A DNA stretch of 64,000 nucleotides from Marsupella aquatica (GCA_973895155.1 OZ316896.1:16976754-17040753); one strand, 5' to 3'. Positions 11,842 to 25,756 are shown, numbered from the stretch's first letter. Made by a program: numbers and translations. Notes: a model not told the origin generated them from the letters alone.

Positions 11842-13987
11842 TATCTCCAAGCAATGTTGCAAATGCGACTAGTCTATCGTAGCCCTAATTTACACCCTTT
11901 CTCGTGCAATCTTTGGAGCAATGGAGGCTGCGCGCTACTCCGTCCCTCTCAAATTCAGCTATGGTGGCCAGGCCTCGGTTGAACCTGTGGAGGTATGGAC
12001 TCGATTGAAGGTCCGCAGCTATGGTGGTCGAGTCTCATCAGTCGCGGGCCTCGCGTTCTGTCCTTGGAGTGTCGACTTGGGTTCCTGTGAAACCAATCTC
12101 GTATGGCCGCAGCACCCAAAAATGGCGGCCAAATTTAGCGGGATGGGTGGGGGCCCCATCCAGCCGGCTATACTGCCTGGGCGAGTGAGTGCCCTACAGC
12201 CTCGCTAATCTTGCCTATAGCGGGCCGTTTTGGCCGCATGGGTGCGGATGCTCTTATATATCTACCCTCAGAGGATATACACCAATTGAAGAAATGTATA
12301 CATCCAAATGAATGCGGAGCATGGATTCCCCATTGCTTCAATGTTGTATTCTCCGAGGATAGATACAGCTTATTTAAGATTCGTTTACATCCAAAAAAAT
12401 GTGAACATCAGTATTTCAATTATTTACAAACTCTGAGGATAGACACAATCATTCTGTACTCAGAGTCTGAGGACATAGACACAGTTAAAGGACTGTCCAT
12501 CCAAATGAACGTGGATTCCTATTCTTTGCTTTAAGGATAGGCACAAGTTATGATACGGACTGATGAATTGTTTAAGATGCAAAGGAAAAGAGAAGACAAT
12601 TATGTGTTGTTCTTCCAAGGAAAGAAATGACATCTACAAAAGAAGGTCACAAAGTGGTCACAATGTACAGAAAGGCCAAAGAAAATCCAATGAAGGGAAG
12701 CAAAGGAGGTCCAACTGGGACAAACACCAAACACTAAAGAAGAGGCAAGTGCAAACACACAAAAATTGAGACTTGATATGTGAGGCTTTACAAGAAGTTC
12801 TATTCTAATTCTAAATGTCTTTATGAATATTTCTATTGACCATGATGAGAAAAATGAATGCTTATCCTCCCATGGAAGTTGCTCTATATAACCATTCTCT
12901 CAAACATGGATGTGAATATGGGTTTTTCTTTGTTTTTTACTTGTCATTACCCAGGAGGAGAGTGAGCCTTCTTAGCCTCCATCCCAATGTTGACCTCTTG
13001 GGGCTCCCTCTCCCAACTTCCCACAATCCAACTGAGGAATGGGGAGCAAGGAGCAGCCAACTTTATCCTATAGCTAACAAATGTAGTAATCTGTACATAC
13101 AATTCACCTGCAAGCCCTACAAGCTGCCGTAGCAAGTCACTATATCATGCTATTGTTGCAGATATACCTTCACCCCTCAAAATGACCAATCTTGCCCCCA
13201 AAACTGATGTGAGCCACTGTTACAGGTACATCTCCTTCATCAATGTCTCTTTGAACTGAACTGCCCATTCAATCTTGATAGTGAGTCACAAAATCACAAT
13301 GCTTCCAACACTTCCATATGCTTGCACTCAGACTCCTGCAGCTCCACATGCTCTCATAATCATAGACAGTCGGTAGCAAAAACAGTACCAAAAAACTACT
13401 CGTGTTGGGCCCATTGGTGAGGTACTTTAAAGTTTCCTTAGAAAATGCACAAAAACTGCTGGTGAGATGGACCCTTCACTCACTATGGCCCTTTGTCGAG
13501 CTCCCGAAGAAAAATCTTAATTGTGCACTAGCCTGGCCCTCCCACACGTTTTGTAGTCCCTCACAAAACTAAATGTGGCATACTCTTAGTGACCTCGCCG
13601 GCAGCAAGAACAAGTTTCACCTCAACTCTTCCTCCTATGTGTAGTGCCAAAACGAGAATTTATTACCAGTTTCACCTTCACTTTTAGGCAGAACTGCAGA
13701 CTTACTTGTTTAATAACAACCCATCTTTGATCAATCAAGGATGAGTTGATACTCAACCAATGATATCATTATAGTGGGATGAGAGAATCATTGTGCAATC
13801 ACCTTCTAATTGGAGAACATTGAGTAAAATCCAGACACCTGCCTTCTACTCAGGGCCACTAGCATTTTCCCCCTCGGGAGCCAGCTCATTCCTCAACTAT
13901 ATGCTGGTATGCCCAATTTGTTGAAGCGGTGACATAAATTTTCAAACACATTATACTCAGAGTGCATGCTATTTATTACACACGCAA

Positions 13988-14020
13988 CTAGCCCACTGCC
14001 TGTGCGTTGCACAACATTGT
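13988..14020 (-). mobile_element. Helitron 3' terminus
   Basis: On the minus strand, hairpin TGTGCAACGCACA then CTAG|T; same signature at 22049 and 41321. Confidence 0.65.
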
Positions 14021-14197
14021 TGATAGTAAGCGATTTTGAGCAGAAGTTCAAATTGTCGAGCACAAGTGAGATGGCCAGGCAGTCGGGTGCAGTGACAAGT
14101 TGGCCTGACAACTAGATTTCAAGGAGTGTGTGAGCTTTAGGGAGAGTGACCGACTCCGTGCCAGAATGTGGCACCTTTAGGCCCATATATCTCATGG

Positions 14198-14513
14198 TTA
14201 GGAAAAAATGTCACCATAATGAAACGGCCAGGGCTCAGGGGTCTCACTATATGGAGCCTCCCCATCCTCTGCAACATTTTGAGGCGTCGGACCCCCTAAA
14301 ATGTAAGAAAAAATATATATTTCAACCCCTATAAAGTTAGAATATTCTTAGAATATTCCAAAACTTTGGTTAGAAAGACCCTAAGTATCAAAATTGATTT
14401 TTAAAAAACCCTATTGTTCTTCTGCAAATTTTTTTAAGTATTCCCTTCAAACTAATAAAATGACCCTATCATTCATTACACATGATGTGCCATTTTTGTG
14501 GAAATGAAAGCCC
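14198..14513. repeat. About 300-bp MITE-like repeat, second copy at about 42101-42389
   Basis: GGGGTCTCACTATATGG...GGACCCCCTAAAATGTAAG...ATAAAATGACCCTAT...TGAAA.CCCC shared by both copies. Confidence 0.75.
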
Positions 14514-16882
14514 CAAGGGCCAAGGGAGGCTTCCTGCCAGAATGACATCTCATATTTAGAGACCATGAGAAAGATAGAGAGATTGCATATTGGGATGTTT
14601 GTACATATGCTAACTCAACCATTTGAGTCACAACAGAACAACACAACAGAACAGCTGCATGTTACTATCCACTAGTGCAGGAATTTGCTATGGAAATCAA
14701 AATATGCATGCAACTTGTTAGATTTTGCATCCAAAATGTAGAGAAAATTTGATACAGACAGCCTACATATCAGATTATCTGAACCTTAAATTTGCCAATA
14801 ATAATTCCAGATTATCTGAGCCTTAAATTTGCCAATAATAATTCCCCTGCTCCCCAAGATGCCAAAGGGTAATCCTGGCGATGCAACCACTATGTAGCCT
14901 GCATGGGATCGGCCAGAACAGATAACTTGCCAATCCCTATATTCTCTCCAACACTCACAATCATGTCTAAAGAATTATTTAAAGCACTAGTCAACTTTGG
15001 CCACAAATCTCTTTTGTCATCAGTATCTACTTAACATATATATCACATGACCAAAGAACAAAAAATGAGGACTGGGGAGACAGGATCCCAAAAGGCCAAA
15101 AACCCAATAAAGGGGGGAAAGAGGCCCCACCAGCCCAAGAGGCCAAAACAAATATAGGCCAAAACAAACAGAAAAGAACAACTAGAAAAGGGAAATATAG
15201 GGCTTTATTTATTTTACAGTTATATATAGTACTAAAGAATGAGCATTCGCTGAAGTTTTCTCTTGAAAGAGCCATATTCTAAAGTTACCTGGTGGATAGT
15301 CATCTTAATTAGTCAGTAATTTCCTTCAGAATTAAAAAATTAGGCAAAAAATGACTATTCTGTGGTCGCGCAGCTTTGAGTACATTGACTCCACCGGTCA
15401 ACTTTGGCCACAAATCACTTTGATCTTAGGGACCTCAGGGGACAGTGGCGGTTTTACTCACCGGTCAACTTTGGCCACAAATCACTTTGATCATATGTGT
15501 CTGACCACTTTGGTCATATGAAACATTAAAGTTCACTCAGGTTATCTAGACCGAAGAGATTCGTGGGGCATAGTAGTAACACCGTCCGCTACGGCAAGCG
15601 ACATGAGAAGCATCAGTCACGATGTGGCTGCAATGCGGAGGCCAGTAATTGTTGGTACAGGGTGGAAATGACTGATCGCATTGAGAGGATTTTTTAGTGA
15701 TTCATTTATTTTATCTGAGTGGATGTCGCCTTCATGTCGTTCTGAGATCGACTAATTAATTCTACGGAATAAAGGGAGAAATAGTTTTGACCTTTGAGTA
15801 GACCCATTGACCAATTTATGCTTAAATGGTGAAAGTAAACAACCTGACGATTGCAATTGACCAACTCCACTCCAGCAAACTACAAGAACAGTCAAAAGGA
15901 CCCTTTTGTCATTGACTGAATGTCGCCCAACAGCATCAATTTCCAGCCAGCGAAGTTTATTCAGGGAACCAAGCATCAGCGTAAGGAATCATTGACAGAA
16001 TAGTGCCCACAGACTTGGATTTCCAGCCAACGATGTTTAGTCGTTGCTGGGTCAGATGCTCTGGATCAGACCAAATTCAAAATGCTATATTGTTGCCTGA
16101 ATCGATATTCAATAGATACATTGATCCAGACTGGATTCCAATTGGCCAGGACAGGGCTTGATTGGGAGATGGGGCAAAATGTATATATCAAGAACATACT
16201 ACATCATCTTTGCTCAGTTTGGGTTACAACGCCAGGAGAACCGTCCCCTTCCACTTGCTTCTCTTCTCTTCCTTCTAGGTAGAAGAGATTCAGCTTCTAG
16301 AGAGTGGACTCCCCAGCGTCAGTTCTAGAAGAAACCCTCGTAATACACCATTTCTAGAATGGTGCACATACATTACACAAACAGTACCAGGCTCTAATTT
16401 CAGGGTGGTATCAGTATCTCTTGTCAGTCATCCTCGACAAAAATGAGTCTCCTCAGTGACTAGTGATAGCGAGGAGCCGGATTTTGAAGTGCCTGTGATC
16501 AAATTTTCCAAAGGTAAATAGGTCACCCCGGTGGTCTTTGCTGCTCATTACATACGGGGATGAATCCCTACATCATTGACAACCAGAGCAATTACAATAA
16601 ACTCGTGTACTATTCTTCTAAAATTGAAAATTCTGCCATGACGTCGGTAGCAGGCAACCTCAAGTTTTAAGACTATCATCCAAAATCGAATCAAAGCTCC
16701 AGCGTCGAGGAAGGCCTGGCTCAGATTTGTTCTCGAACGTGACTGGATCCCTACTCAATCTCCGAGATGATCTGGTTATCATAAAACCACAGATGATGAA
16801 ACAGAATTTCCATTAATGGTAATGACAGCGACCTCGTACAGAGGCGATCAGTAATTGAGGCCAACAAGGTGCATTTTTGCCA

Positions 16883-19800
16883 TTATCTTTCATCCGTATC
16901 TTCGTCCCCACTGCCATAGTCCATCACTTCCTTCAAGACTCCACCTCCAGCTTTCTCATCTACGTTCTTCGCTTCGTCACCTTCTTTCGATTCTACTTCA
17001 AATGACACATCCTTGGCCTCTACCTCCATGTCCGCCTTGACCTCGTCTTCATCACCATCATCCCCTTGATCATCTTCTCCCCTTTCTGATTCGTTTGAGC
17101 CTCTACCTCTGCGCCAACCATGCTTCCCGCTGTCTTTCTCCCCATCCCCCGTGGTATCTGGATCCTCTGTCTCCTGTTCTGTATTGCTAGGAACATCATT
17201 TCCGCTTCCATGCTGTGGGCCAGCCTGCCATCTTGTTATGTCCACTTCAACCTTTGCCAGATGCTCTTCAGTCGCTAGCCTCTGATACTCTGTTAACTCT
17301 GCACGGCGTTGGGTTTTCCATTCACCCAAATCCTGTATACATACAGAAAAAACTTGTTCAAGGTCTTGGTCAAACACAACTGTGTCACTACTGGTTCTGT
17401 ACACGATAATTGGTGGCATAACTGCTCCATATCACAATGATGGACATGAAAATAGGCATTTACCTCTTTCCGAGTCTCTAGCAACTTGTCTGTCTCCTCG
17501 GACGGATTGGCAGGCATCCAGAAAATTGCAGGCTCTGCCTTTGTCCTGCACATACCCGCATGCTTCAACTCACTAGACTCATTTGGGCCCAGAACTAGTC
17601 GAGGACAACAAGAACATATATCTCAACTTGTGATGGATATTCTATCTCTGCCATGAACCTAAATACTGATGTAACAATTCTTCATTCTAAGAATGAACAA
17701 CCCAAGTAAGTGCAAAAATCATGTTCACCTCAAGAAAGAGCACAATTTAGTTTGGTGCTCGGTCCATTGAATAAACACCACCTCCAGTTGCTTTTCTTCG
17801 GTTTTGGCAGCCAAACGAGCCCGTAAAATCTGCCCACCGCAAATGCAAGTCAAAAACAGTGATTCGAAGCAATCGCCCACCATCAACAAATGAATTCCTT
17901 TCATGAGCCGTCACATTTTGTACACAGATGAGGTAAACCAACTGTCACCAATTAAGCAGCAAGTAACATGTAATTACACACTTTAGATTTCATGAGAGAA
18001 GCTCTGGAACTGCGGGAATAGTGACCAACTTTGCTTGTGCAGCAAGTGATATTCTTTAGAGAGTAATCAACATTTACATCTCTGATTGTTGTTCAAGGTT
18101 CTTTATTATTGCGCAGGTAACTCTCATGCACTTGAACGAGATAAGAAAAGAGGACGAAGAGAGAGATTGTTGCACACTTCTGCAAACACCTTGACAGGAA
18201 AGGAAGGATAAACGGGGTCTTAGACATACCATATCTCTCTTCCGCTTCCCAGCAAGCTGTTCACGCTCCTGTTGCCGTAAACGCTCACTCTCTTCTTGTG
18301 CTCTCTGCTCAGCCTGTTTGATGACGAACAAACTAAGAATCAGTCATTCTGGCCAAATTATCTGAACATGATACACAACCACGATACAAAGAAGGGTGCT
18401 CACCAAATTTATACTAGGCCCAAAAGGCACACTTCTAATGAATCAGGATCGCACACCATTTTCCTAGCGTCGCCTGCTTATAAACTCTTACCCTTTTCTG
18501 TGATGTCGATCTTCGCAAGAAAGCCTCAGTCCCAGAAAGCTTCTTGTCCTCTTGTCTGAATTTCTGCAAACAACGCGACAGATGATCCACCAACCAATTA
18601 GTTCCAACTAGGTAATCCAGTTACACATCTAGAGACACAAAGAAACGCTAATTTGAATAACGAACATTAGGAACTATGAAAATGGCACTTTCGTACCTCA
18701 AGAGTTCCCAACAGAGCCCCAAACATCCGCCGATTTCGTTTGGCCACATTTGGATCATTAATTTGCGGCATCACTCGTGGCAGAGGTTCAAGGGTGTCAT
18801 TTTCCTGCTCCTAAAACACGCAGCAAAACCAAGAGGTTGGACTCACAATCTTCCTTGCGGCATATCTCGAAAAAGGGTGGAGCATAATGCAGAGCGAGAC
18901 ATCATAGCGTGCAGATCAATCGCGTATAACACAATTGCGTTTTAAGGGAACACCCAGGTCTCCATTGCTGAAATTATATTGACAACTGATCTCTAACTTT
19001 AAGTGCCCACAGAAAGTGGCAAATATGTCCATGGCGGATATGTTTAGGGTAGAAAAATCCAACACAGAGCCATGGGCTACCATGGCGGATTCAGCTGCCA
19101 AATAACTCCAACATATATTCTCAGAAAATCAAATTTAGATCTTGACTGTACATGGAGGAAATACATACAGGGAATCCTCTGTCTCCCCCTCTGAACTCTC
19201 TGCGCCCCCTTCCATAACCACGCTCCAAGTACGGTTTCCTTGGTTCGTGCTGTTCCTCGGACTTCTCTCCATCCATTCCCTCTTCTTGCTCATCCGTCTC
19301 GGCATTTTCTTGGATAGCGCCGTTTTCGTCATCTTCGTCCACCTGCACCATCAAGTTATGCAAAGTCAGGCATTGGCCATCCGGTTACTTCCGTTACTTC
19401 TCGTGAGCTGTAATTCAATTGCATTGAGCGGCAGTAACTCGACCCACGTATCTGGCCAAGTTGAAATGCCCGTCCCCAAGCCTGCATTTCCTGACTAGCA
19501 TACATACAATTCATACCTTCACAACAGCTGACAAAAGTCGTTTCTTTGTGGGTGGCTGTTCTTCTGCATTGATAGCTTCTCCCTGCATGTAATTCACGCG
19601 CAATATAAACACCAGGCGCTTGTGTATGGAACCATAGTGGGCCCTCATTGAACAAGAATCCTCAATGCTCAATATTTTGAAAGCACTCAACCAAAACACA
19701 CATCCTGACGGCCACGTGCGTGAAAATCACAGAATAACATGAGCCTTCATTTGGCACTTGTCCTCGCTTACCCGTCGAACAATTCCCCGTGGACCGAGTC

Positions 19801-20946
19801 CCCGCCCCAGCGGCCGTTGTGATCCTACGCCAGCACCTCGGGGGCCAGCTCCGGAAGCACCCGCTTTCCTCAATCCTCTTGGGTCCCGCAATCTGTCTGT
19901 GATCTGGTTGGACATAACCGCATTGTTGAAGTTAAATTCAGTCCTGAATGTTATCGGACATCCTTTACATTTCAATGAATTTGTTCTTCACACGCGCAAT
20001 CTCCGCCACCAACTCTGTCCTACGACTCACAGCGATATAACTTCCAATCTCGTCATGGAAGACGTCTTCCGAAGTGGAAGTCAATGAGTATGATATTACC
20101 TTCCTCGCTTAAACAGAATGTCAAACATAACCCCCACAGTGAAAGGACGGCACAATATTTTCTACTTATGCTGAGACTACAAGTCCTAGCTGACTACTCC
20201 CAGCTCGAGCGACCGGCTTCACACGTTTCTTAGGTTTCACGCAGGGACTGCATTTAGGCAATCTTTGTAAGATCAGCTGGTGGCCACGCCGTGCCAATTG
20301 AAGTAAATGGATAGTTAGGAAGGAACTCAGTCCTGAAAGGGAGTGCGACATAGTGAATGTTCCAAACGGAACGGTAGCGGATTGTCTGCAGTTAAGTCTT
20401 TAGTGGATCTATAGACCAACAACCTTCACCCGCATCAACGAATTCCTGCCTCAATAGATTTTTGCCGTGCAAGAACAAGAGTGAATGCAGTCGTATGGTG
20501 ATTGTCTAGTAATCAGCGTGAATTCATGAACACAGAAGTTGGAAAGGCATTTCAGCGGTCTCTAGCGCCTTGAAGGACAGAAACCTGACATAATTCCCCC
20601 CACCGTTGTAAAATTGGCAATAACACAGTCCTGATCACGTGCCAGTGCAACCAAAACAATCAATTCATTTCACCCAAAAAAACCCTAAAGGAAATAACGA
20701 AGCCAGGATCGCAAGGAGTGGGGCCTTGGACAGATCAAGAACTAAACATATCTAGACTTCTGCATACAAAACGAAAACCCGAATCGCGAGAGGAGGGACA
20801 CACAAACAACAGGAGCACGAAGCACCCAGGGGATGATCAGCGAACGACAGGTAAGAGAAACCTCCAACCTCACGTTGTTGCCGATTCAATTCCTCAATTT
20901 CACGACGGAGCTCCTCTGCTGATTTCACCGTACCAACGGCGGCCAT
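16883..20946 (-). CDS. PNN: Pinin (pinin/SDK/memA domain splicing-associated protein), 10 exons
   Basis: GT-AG exons 20946-20869, 19903-19772, 19582-19517, 19342-19169, 18810-18697, 18563-18492, 18313-18230, 17829-17729, 17545-17464, 17332-16883 join in frame. Motifs KSAEELRREIEEL, ITDRLRDPRGLR, KRLLSAVVK, RNRRMFGALLGTLEKF, WTEHQ, FLRTKAEPAIFWMP are typical of plant pinin. Confidence 0.93.
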
Positions 20947-21625
20947 CGCCACTGCTATTCCAGCTGCTCCCGCGGTACCCTAACCCCAAAACACAATTCC
21001 AGGCGCACCTACTGGTCCGTCTCTACACTCGCGTCGAGTACAATCCACACATGGCACCGGATCCCCTATCTCCTCCTGGTCCCGAACAATTCCGCAATCG
21101 GTCCACCAACCCGTCGACCCACAACATTTCCTGAATCCGTAGGCACCTGTCCTACTTCTCCCATTCATTCGCGTTCAAGAACAAGAACCCCTTCCTCAAA
21201 GTACGATCCCGTCCAAACTTCACCATCATCACCACCACCGTCTCTAATGCTTCCCCGAAACAATGTCGAACTCTTCGTCAGCCACAATCTTGCTCTCAAT
21301 GTCAATGCAAGCTATTAAACCCTCAGATCGTTCACAATATGTGCTCCGAATCGGAGAAGTTGCGTGCTGAGCTCGCCTCGCGTTCACTCTACAGTTCGTG
21401 CTCCATTTCGAGTTTCGTCGTGCCGCCGGATCGAATAACCTTCCGACTCCATGAAACGTCACCCGAAACCTTCGAGCTTCATTGCCGAATCAACGAGCCA
21501 GTCCGTCCGCCATCTCCGCAGACTGCAGAGCGCAGAATCTGCGAAAGGAATGGACGAAAACCGCAATTCTTCGGTTCGGTTTGCTTTCAAGGTTTTAACT
21601 CTTCGTGTTTTCGACTTGCAGCATT

Positions 21626-21634
21626 TTAGGGTTT
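21626..21634 (-). promoter_or_regulatory. Telo-box (AAACCCTAA) at the probable pinin transcription start region
   Basis: Exact motif at the edge of the GC-rich 5' region, about 0.7 kb upstream of the pinin ATG. Confidence 0.5.
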
Positions 21635-22048
21635 AACTTCCTCGAGAGGAAGACATAAGCTCTAATAGGACGTTTTTGTATTTAGTCATTTCCATGACCC
21701 CAAGCGAAGTTTCTGCTGGTACTATAGAATACAGTTTGTTTTTTGTTTTCACTTTTTTATTGTATGGAACGTTCGTCCAGACCAGTCATTAGCTCAGATG
21801 GGATCTCCATCCAAACCTTTGAACTTAGATGGGATCCCAACTTGTTCTTGTAAGGAAAGTCAAACTTGGTTTAGTCTTGATGCATGTTATACTAGTTAAA
21901 ATACATGACTCTAATAAAGATCCCTTGAAAGCTTAGGACCCCTCTCTAACCAAAAGAGTTTGGGATGGAGATACTATTCAAGCTTATAGCCTTAGTTCTG
22001 CCACGGCTAGCTAAAAGGTAGGCCCTAACTTGTAGTTTATATATAATA

Positions 22049-23953
22049 CTAGCTCAATACCTGTGCGTTGCACAAAAGAAGTTGTGTCGGCCAAGATGTC
22101 GTTGAGAAAAAAAGATGTCATGTCAGCCAAGAGGTCGTTGAGAGAAAAGAAGTCGTTGAGAAAAAAAGATGTTGTGTTGGCCAAGAGGTCGTTGAAAAAA
22201 AGTTGTCATGTCGGCCAAGATGTCGTTGAAAAAAAGATGTCGTGTTGGCCAAGACATCGTTGAGGGAAAATACCCGTGCATTGCACAAAAGATGTTAAGA
22301 AAAAAGATGTTATGTTGCCCAAGATGTCATTAAAATAAAGATATCATGGCACCCAAGATGTCGTGTCCCCCAAGATGTCACTAAGAGGAAAGTGTTGTGG
22401 CACCCAAAATGCTCTTAGAGAGAATTATATGTTGTGTTTCCCAAGAATGATGTTCTTATATGAAAGAGGTCATGAAGTAAAAAGATGTTGTTAAGAAAAA
22501 GAAGTCATTTTGCCAAAGATGGCATGTTGCCCAAAAGGTCATCAAGTAAAAAATTGTGTCAAGTAGATGTCATGTGGCCAATGATGTGGTTATGCTAAAG
22601 ATGTCACTGAGTATTAAGATGTTGTTAATTACAAAATGGTCAATAGATAAAGTATGTGATTACTCAAAGATGTTGTTAAGTACATCTCGGGCCTGATACC
22701 TGTGCATTGCACAAATGATGCATGTTGAGGTGAGAAAATACATCAAGGTGAGAAAAGATGTCGATAAGAGAAAAACATTTTGAGCTGAGAAAAATATGCC
22801 AAGGAGAGAAAAAGATGGCAAGGTAAGAACAAGATGTCATATTAGAGAAAAACATTTGGAGGTGAGAAAAATATATCAAGGAGAGAAAAGATAGCGAGAT
22901 GAGACAAAGATGTCAATATGAGGAAAAAATGTCGAGGGTGAAGAAAGATGTTGTGGTGAGATAAAGATGACCAGGTAGAAAAATATGGCAAAATGAGACA
23001 AATATAATATATATGTCGAGGTGAGAAAATATCTCAAGGTGAAGAAAATATGTCAAGATGAGCAAACTAAGATCTTGAGGTGAGAAGATATTAATATGAA
23101 GAAAAGATGTCAAGATGAGAAAATATTTGAAAATATTTTTAAAAAATTATAATTATTTTTATATGAATAAATTTAATTAAAATTTGATTAATTTTTTCAT
23201 TGTGGCAGATATGGGAAGGTTAAAGGGTAGCTTGGGCAGGAACTTATTTTTAGAAGGGGTGTATGGATAGATCTGACACTGTGGAGAAAATTATGTTTTA
23301 ATGAACATTCAAGATTGATTGTCACTTTTTTTAGTTTGTAAAGGGAGAGGCAGGATTAAGTGGTACATGGTAAAGGGAGTTCTCCTTGATACTCTTGCAT
23401 TGCTAGAGACCCTCATTATTTTCTTTGTATTATTAAATTCATTTTTTGCTTGGAAACATTGCTCTCCATTTTCATTCTCATAGGAAATCATTCTTTCATG
23501 TTTTTCATTTTTGGGATATGACTACTATAAAAAAATTAACATTTTATTATAGATTTTGACATTGTCCTTGTCATGTAACCTATTGTGTTTAATTAACCTA
23601 TTTAAATTAAATTAATATAATTATTATATTTTACAATATTATAATACTTGCAATAATATATAGTATCCTATATATTATGTACTTTTATATTTCATGTATA
23701 TGGGCAGGAACCTCTTTGATACTCATGCATGTACATTCTCTCTCTTGTTTTGTGTGCCCCATTGGCTCTCTCCTTTTGCGTCTCCCATTTGATTCCCCTC
23801 TTGTTTGGAATGCATTTATTACTGTTTTGGTGCACACTAAATTTAAGGTAACCTTTATTCCTTCTCTTTGACATGATTAATGCTTTTTGGACCCTGCAAA
23901 TTTGAATGACGATCACTTCATAAAAAGGCGCAACCTTGTATTATAGTTTAGGA
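22049..23953 (-). mobile_element. Non-autonomous Helitron with AAGATGTC-type minisatellite
   Basis: 3' CTAG at 22049-22052 plus hairpin at 22062-22074; probable 5' A|TCCTAAACTATAATA at 23953; internal degenerate aagatgtc repeats at 22080-23120. Confidence 0.65.
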
Positions 23954-25043
23954 TAAACACTAAATGCAATCCACTTCTTTCTTTCTTTTTGATGATTTAC
24001 ATACAAAATGTCATTCTGGCTGGAGCCTCTATGGTGGTTCAATGGGCCTTCTCAAAGTCCCCCCCCCCCAACCGTCTCCTGCATGCCTGTAAAGCAGGAC
24101 TCGGCCTTAGTCTTGGGCACATTTTTTGGCGGTCACGTGCCCGGACTACTGTCACGATCCCTGAACTTTGAGACGCCCTAATAATGTCATTCTGACTGGT
24201 CCGGAGGCTCCCTGGTAGTTTGATGATGGGACCATTTTTGAAAGAGATGGACGTAAAGTGACATTGTGCATCTTTTCCACACAAACAGACACTCTCCCCG
24301 CAGCTCGTCGACTCCTTTCAATCCATTTGCCAGGCTGACTCGGTAATGTAGCGTTTGAAGGATACATGTAGGGTTCCTCTGATGAGGCGCAATTCCTTGT
24401 TTTGGGGTCTTCCTGAAAGATGGTGACCATAGTAGTTTATTCAAACTCACCACAGACAAAGCCAGCACCTAGTGCAGGGAATATATAAAGGACCCGATTG
24501 ACCCCAAGCAAAGTAGCTTCTTCTTTCCTTTGTCTTTTTAATTATCATTTTCTAATGCAGAGTGTATGTTTTAGAGTGCCATTAAAGAAACCAACTATCC
24601 TGACCCTATAGGACTTCAAGTTTGGAGATATCATCTTAATGTCTAATCTATATGGCCATCTTCCTTGAGCAACACACTCCCCACACTTACCCCCAAGATT
24701 GCTCTAAGTATGTTTGTTGGATGATATCTAAGCTAACAACAATCTTCAGGCTAAACTTAGTCAATGTTTTTAATTTATTTCCCACCTAGCCACACACACC
24801 CTTTCCAGAATTTGACTGTTCTCCTTAAATCTAGTATATCTCATAGTAAAATATTCATCTAAGAAAATCTTACAAAAACACCAAACCAGGAGACATGGCC
24901 CCAAAGGCAATGTAACCCAATAAAGGGAAGGGAAGAGGCTGCGAGAAGACCGAAGGGGTCAAACAAGGGAAAATGTCCCCCCAAACAACCAGGGAACAAA
25001 AACCCCCTAGAACCAACTAACACAAGCACTAGAGAGCCCAAAT

Positions 25044-25375
25044 TGTTGAACTAAGACGTCATTCGCAACGACCATACAACCATGACTCATTCCATGCACA
25101 CGTAGTCGACACAATCTCTACGTGGTTCACCTCTTCTCCAAGGCTACGTCCACACGAACACTCAAGCTTTACTTCAAGAGTAGACGAACACACATGCTCT
25201 CTCTCTTCCTCCTGTTGTTCTGTTACAATGAGTAAGCACCACCCACCAGCGGCTTACACTAGCCCTGGTATATACAAGGTCACACACGACTAATCTAACC
25301 TCAGCTAAGATCCTAACTGTGGTTAGCCTAAGTGCCGTAACCTATGAGTCACAAGACTAAGAGCAATCCTTAACA
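25044..25375 (-). mobile_element. Solo LTR related to the copia element at 1447
   Basis: TG...CA ends, TSD CAAAT on both sides; reverse complement shares gtaaagct, gtggacgtagcc, gaggtgaaccacgta and tgtgtcgact with the copia LTR. Confidence 0.93.
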
Positions 25376-25443
25376 CAAATGACAAATCTACTCTTGGACG
25401 GCAAACTGAAAAGCCCGGTACAGCTTTGGAGTAAATCGCATAG

Positions 25444-25756
25444 TATTAGGAATTGACTCGAGTTCCCAGCTCTAATTAGTTTGACCTTAATAAGGTTAGC
25501 TAACCCTTGCTTACGTTAGTATAAGATTCTCTTGGATTAGGCCCACACATCTCAGCCCCCGCCCCCCCCACCCCCCCCCAGGGGGAAAGGTTGGAAGGAG
25601 AGCATTCTCTTGCTTATTCTCTACATGTATTTTCATATGTATGAATCCTTCAAGAGTTTCTTCATTCGTGATGTCTTGTCAGTGTAATGTCTGTTTGAGT
25701 GTGCTCTCATGTTCCGCAGTTGCTCTCACTCTAGTCTGAGCCGACGGTTTCTTACA
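25444..25756 (+). mobile_element. Solo LTR of a second family (older copy)
   Basis: Collinear with the reverse complement of 44323-44586 (aggaattgactc.agttccc.gc, aggcccacacatctcag, ctctcatgttccgca); TSD degenerate. Confidence 0.75.

Larger units (their letters stand above)
8920..12253. mobile_element. PIF/Harbinger DNA transposon, full-length with two convergent genes, both decayed
   Basis: 13-bp perfect TIR GAGCATCCGCACC (8920-8932) / GGTGCGGATGCTC (12241-12253); TTA TSD on both sides. Confidence 0.96.

Noticed and set aside
12880-13900. Possible decayed retroelement coding sequence
   Set aside because: Stops in all frames and no identifiable motif.
16785-16810. C-box-like ATGATGA suggesting a snoRNA
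   Set aside because: Antisense to the pinin 3'UTR, with no convincing D box or terminal stem.
23990-24480. Cluster of short overlapping ORFs
   Set aside because: No recognisable family or consistent splice model.
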